Below, one piece after another: positions 61,476-64,000 of a stretch of 64,000 nt of DNA (its first letter is position 1; every line of letters begins with the position of its first letter). The DNA lies in IMG/VR virus record IMGVR_UViG_3300037882_000610, positions 17,576 to 81,575 of that record, one strand, 5' to 3'. This stretch comes from a virus (Duplodnaviria > Heunggongvirae > Uroviricota > Caudoviricetes). Below the pieces are notes generated by a model, which saw only the letters and a list, made by a program, of their open reading frames with translations, had not been told where the DNA came from and searched no databases. The translations under genes were made by a program, and so were the position numbers.

Positions 61476-62312
61476 TCAGCTCGCAGCGGTTTGTGCAACC
61501 GGGCCTTTGTCCACCGGGAGAGGCATCTGTGTCTTGGCGAACGTCATCAGCTCTTCCACCAGCGACATCACGTCGGTGTACGTAGCGTTGAACGGCACGG
61601 CCAGTTGCAGAGGCCCCTTGGTGAAGATGCGGCCCGGGGGCATACCGGATGCTTCGGCCAGCTTGCGCTCCAGAATCTGAGCGTCGAGCTGAGCTGCCAT
61701 CAGCTTCTCCGTGTCCGACAGTTCCTTGACAGGTTCGGTCGGAGCCGGTGCGGGAGCTGCCGCTTCCTTCTGGACACGGGGCTTCTTCACCGGGGGCTTG
61801 CCGACGTAGGTCAGCACGTCGCTGATGTAGGCGAACTTCTTGGGGCCGAGTGCTTCTTGGATGCGGGCCACATGCTTGGCAGCAGGGGCGTCGTCAACCC
61901 AGTCACGGATGGTCTCATGCCCGCCCAGATGGGTGAACAGGGCAGCCGTGGCACCGATCCAGCGTTGCACGCTCTTGCAGTTCTCGCCCTCAGGAGTGGC
62001 GCAAGCGTAGCCGGCCTTCTCGTAGATCGCCCGGAGAGCCTTCTTCATCGGCAAGTCCACCTTGTTGCCATCCGTGAGGGAGGCGAACAGGGCCAGACCG
62101 ACCGAGATTTCGATCAGCAGGGCGTCACGGTGGAAGCCTTCTGCGTTGGCGAGGGCGTTGACCAGGATGGTTTCGCTGGGCTTCGCCATCTTGGGCAGCG
62201 GGTTCTCGCCGGGCAGGGGCTTGTCGGCAGCGAGCTTCTTGTTGCCGAGGACGAGAGGGGAGGGCAGGCGCTTGGTAGCGGAGGTCTTGGAAGCAGTAGA
62301 ACGGGTTGCCAT
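61476..62312 (-). CDS. hypothetical protein (278 aa), GC-rich gene
   Basis: ORF track; Ala/Pro-rich; elevated GC with shadow ORF on + strand. Confidence 0.4.
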   Translation of the reverse strand: MATRSTASKTSATKRLPSPLVLGNKKLAADKPLPGENPLPKMAKPSETILVNALANAEGFHRDALLIEISVGLALFASLTDGNKVDLPMKKALRAIYEKAGYACATPEGENCKSVQRWIGATAALFTHLGGHETIRDWVDDAPAAKHVARIQEALGPKKFAYISDVLTYVGKPPVKKPRVQKEAAAPAPAPTEPVKELSDTEKLMAAQLDAQILERKLAEASGMPPGRIFTKGPLQLAVPFNATYTDVMSLVEELMTFAKTQMPLPVDKGPVAQTAAS

Positions 62313-62431
62313 GATGGGCTCCTATTAAGTTTCCGTTGTCGGGCCAGCTCCGTGCTTTCCCGATGACTGAACTTTAGGACTCCGTAGCAACCCTGTCAAC
62401 AACTTCCTGTCCCTGATTTAAGGGACGGCCT

Positions 62432-63424
62432 TTAGTCGCTCATATCCTCTTCAGCCCTCAAACACAGCCAAGTAGGCATGCGCAACTTGTCCTTCTGCCC
62501 ATGGGGCATGAACTTGGCCTTGCCAATCTCGCCCATGATGTAGTCTTCTGATTCTGTGTCATCCGCAGCAAAAGCCTGCCACGCAGCAATTCGTTGCTCG
62601 TGGGGCATGCAGCCAGCTCCAACAACAATCTCTTGTCCCTTCTGAATGACAACCTTGCCACGGTACTCCACATCAGCCAGGGCTTCCAAAAGGATGTTGC
62701 CCACCATGCCCTTGGGGATCATGTTCTCTTGGTGCGTGGAGCGTTCAGTCCGTCCAAGCTCATTCGTCTTGGCTTCGTTCTGGTTCTCCATGGCTTCAGT
62801 CATGCCCACGACCTTACCTTCGAAGTCAATGAATCGCTTGATACGCAGGTAGGCCCCGAGCTTGGTTGTAGCACGACCACTCTTATGCAGGCCATTAGGG
62901 TCACGCACAATGACACCTTCGAAGCCAGCATCCAAGCACTCATCTTCAAATGCGTACAGCTCTTCCAGCGTGTGGACAAGCTTCCATGGGACAAGACGAA
63001 CACGAGTGTCCTCCTCTCCATCGTACCAATTCAGATGAGCTGTTTTAAGAGCTGTTAGTCGGTCAATGTACGGCTTGTCGATGACTGTCGGGTGCAAGAA
63101 GTCGAAGGCGTACCAAAAGAAGTCATCACTCTTCGTGGGCTTACCATCTCGTGCAGTCTTTCGGTTGACAAAACCTGTAGTCTCGCGGCACAGGCCTGGG
63201 CGATTCCAATCCCCTAGGACGAGTTCTCCGTCCACTCCTCGGAAGCATTCGCTACTGAAGCACTCTGCAACAAACTTGTTCTTGAAAGCCTTCAGGCTGC
63301 GGCCCGTGATGTCACCCTTCAGGTTGATCCCTCGCACGCCGTCTATCTTTACTTGGACTATCACGGGGAACTTGAGCTTGCTTTCATCAAGATCGCAAGC
63401 GAGGTGTGGTCGAATTTCATCCAT
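62432..63424 (-). CDS. ATP-dependent DNA ligase
   Basis: Motif I VKIDGVRG (KxDGxR), adenylation-domain signatures. Start at internal MDEIRPHL. Confidence 0.65.
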   Translation of the reverse strand: MDEIRPHLACDLDESKLKFPVIVQVKIDGVRGINLKGDITGRSLKAFKNKFVAECFSSECFRGVDGELVLGDWNRPGLCRETTGFVNRKTARDGKPTKSDDFFWYAFDFLHPTVIDKPYIDRLTALKTAHLNWYDGEEDTRVRLVPWKLVHTLEELYAFEDECLDAGFEGVIVRDPNGLHKSGRATTKLGAYLRIKRFIDFEGKVVGMTEAMENQNEAKTNELGRTERSTHQENMIPKGMVGNILLEALADVEYRGKVVIQKGQEIVVGAGCMPHEQRIAAWQAFAADDTESEDYIMGEIGKAKFMPHGQKDKLRMPTWLCLRAEEDMSD

Positions 63425-63953
63425 TGTTACTAAACTCCTTATGTAGTTGTGAGCGAGCTTCCTCCACTGCGACCTTAGCATCCTCCAGTCGTTCGTAGTA
63501 GCCCAATGAGATTCTCTGATTGTCAACTTGTATTCGCGCAGACCATTTGCCAGATTTCTGGTGCCAATTGACACCCTTAACACCCGAAGAATTATCCTGC
63601 CGAAGAGGATGGTTCTGACTGTTGCCGGCCCGAGTCGCAAGCCTTAGATTATGTATCCTATTGTTGGCCCTGTCTAAGTCCTCATGGTCAATGAAGTGAC
63701 TCGGCCACTCTCTGTAGTGTAGCAGCCATGCCACACGATGGGCAAGATAGGGTACAGTATCGTACTCAAGAGTGATGTAACCCTTGTTGTGCTTGCTCCC
63801 CGCTACCATGCCAGCCTTGACTCTCTTGCTTCTATCTTCCTTCCATGTCAGCAAGCCAGTCTCTGCATTGTAATCTAGAACTGCTGCAAGTTGCTTGTAT
63901 GTGTGTGGCTCTCTTACGGAGCCTAGCGTTTTATCCATCTTCCTCCAAAACAT
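63417..63953 (-). CDS. HNH-AP2 homing endonuclease (paralog 4 of 4)
   Basis: HFIDHEDLDRANNRIHNLR (HNH) + SSGVKGVNWHQKSGKWSARI (AP2). Confidence 0.7.
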   Translation of the reverse strand: MFWRKMDKTLGSVREPHTYKQLAAVLDYNAETGLLTWKEDRSKRVKAGMVAGSKHNKGYITLEYDTVPYLAHRVAWLLHYREWPSHFIDHEDLDRANNRIHNLRLATRAGNSQNHPLRQDNSSGVKGVNWHQKSGKWSARIQVDNQRISLGYYERLEDAKVAVEEARSQLHKEFSNNG

Positions 63954-64000
63954 CTATTGTACACCATTCAGGCATTGAAGTCAAGCTTTGCAACTTTTAC

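Noticed and set aside
61491-62366. 291-aa + strand ORF
   Set aside because: Shadow of GC-rich - strand gene 61476-62312. It would run against the uniform - strand orientation of the block and has Arg/Gly-rich junk composition.
1-64000. CRISPR array, rRNA, tmRNA
   Set aside because: No regularly spaced direct repeats. No rRNA-like conserved stretches. The tRNA-like oddities lack a tag-peptide ORF plus pseudoknot arrangement.

Overview
The window is a tailed-phage genome segment, either a siphovirus-like phage or a prophage. The left half (1-31.6 kb) is almost entirely on the + strand and the right half (31.7-64 kb) is on the - strand. Left half: a 2.8-kb array of about 13 canonical tRNA genes plus three aberrant tRNA-like elements, with two HNH endonuclease ORFs interspersed. 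It is followed by a lambda-type morphogenesis module: large terminase, portal, S49/ClpP-like prohead protease, scaffold, decoration protein, gpE-like major capsid, connector/neck proteins, tail terminator and tube, a G/GT chaperone pair with a -1 frameshift site, a 1710-aa tape measure protein, tail tip proteins, and a collagen-like tail fibre. Then come a lysis cassette (holin, GH24 lysozyme), a GIY-YIG homing endonuclease, and a 3-kb island of much higher GC carrying a 749-aa right-handed beta-helix (pectate-lyase/tailspike-like) protein. A tyrosine integrase lies on the opposite strand, followed by a second holin-like gene and an EndoVII. Right half, - strand: a replication and nucleotide-metabolism module. 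It contains NrdH, class I RNR alpha and beta subunits, a metallophosphoesterase, a FEN-like exonuclease, a putative SSB, a dNMP kinase, an HD 5'-nucleotidase, and a Prs-like/NAMPT-like pair that resembles the NARP1 NAD+-reconstitution pathway. It also contains family-A DNA polymerase, a RelA/SpoT-type HD small alarmone hydrolase, a UvrD-like helicase, a T7 gp4-like primase-helicase, an SPFH lipoprotein, a ThyX-fold protein whose catalytic RHR...S motif reads THG...C, a SleB-like cell-wall hydrolase and an ATP-dependent DNA ligase. Homing-endonuclease-type genes are abundant: four HNH-AP2 paralogs, three other HNH genes, one GIY-YIG and two EndoVII genes. Several consensus sigma70-type promoters (TTGACA-17-TATAAT) and rho-independent terminators can be read directly from the sequence. 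No rRNA genes, no CRISPR array and no reverse transcriptase were seen. All functional calls rest on motif-level recognition, not database searches.
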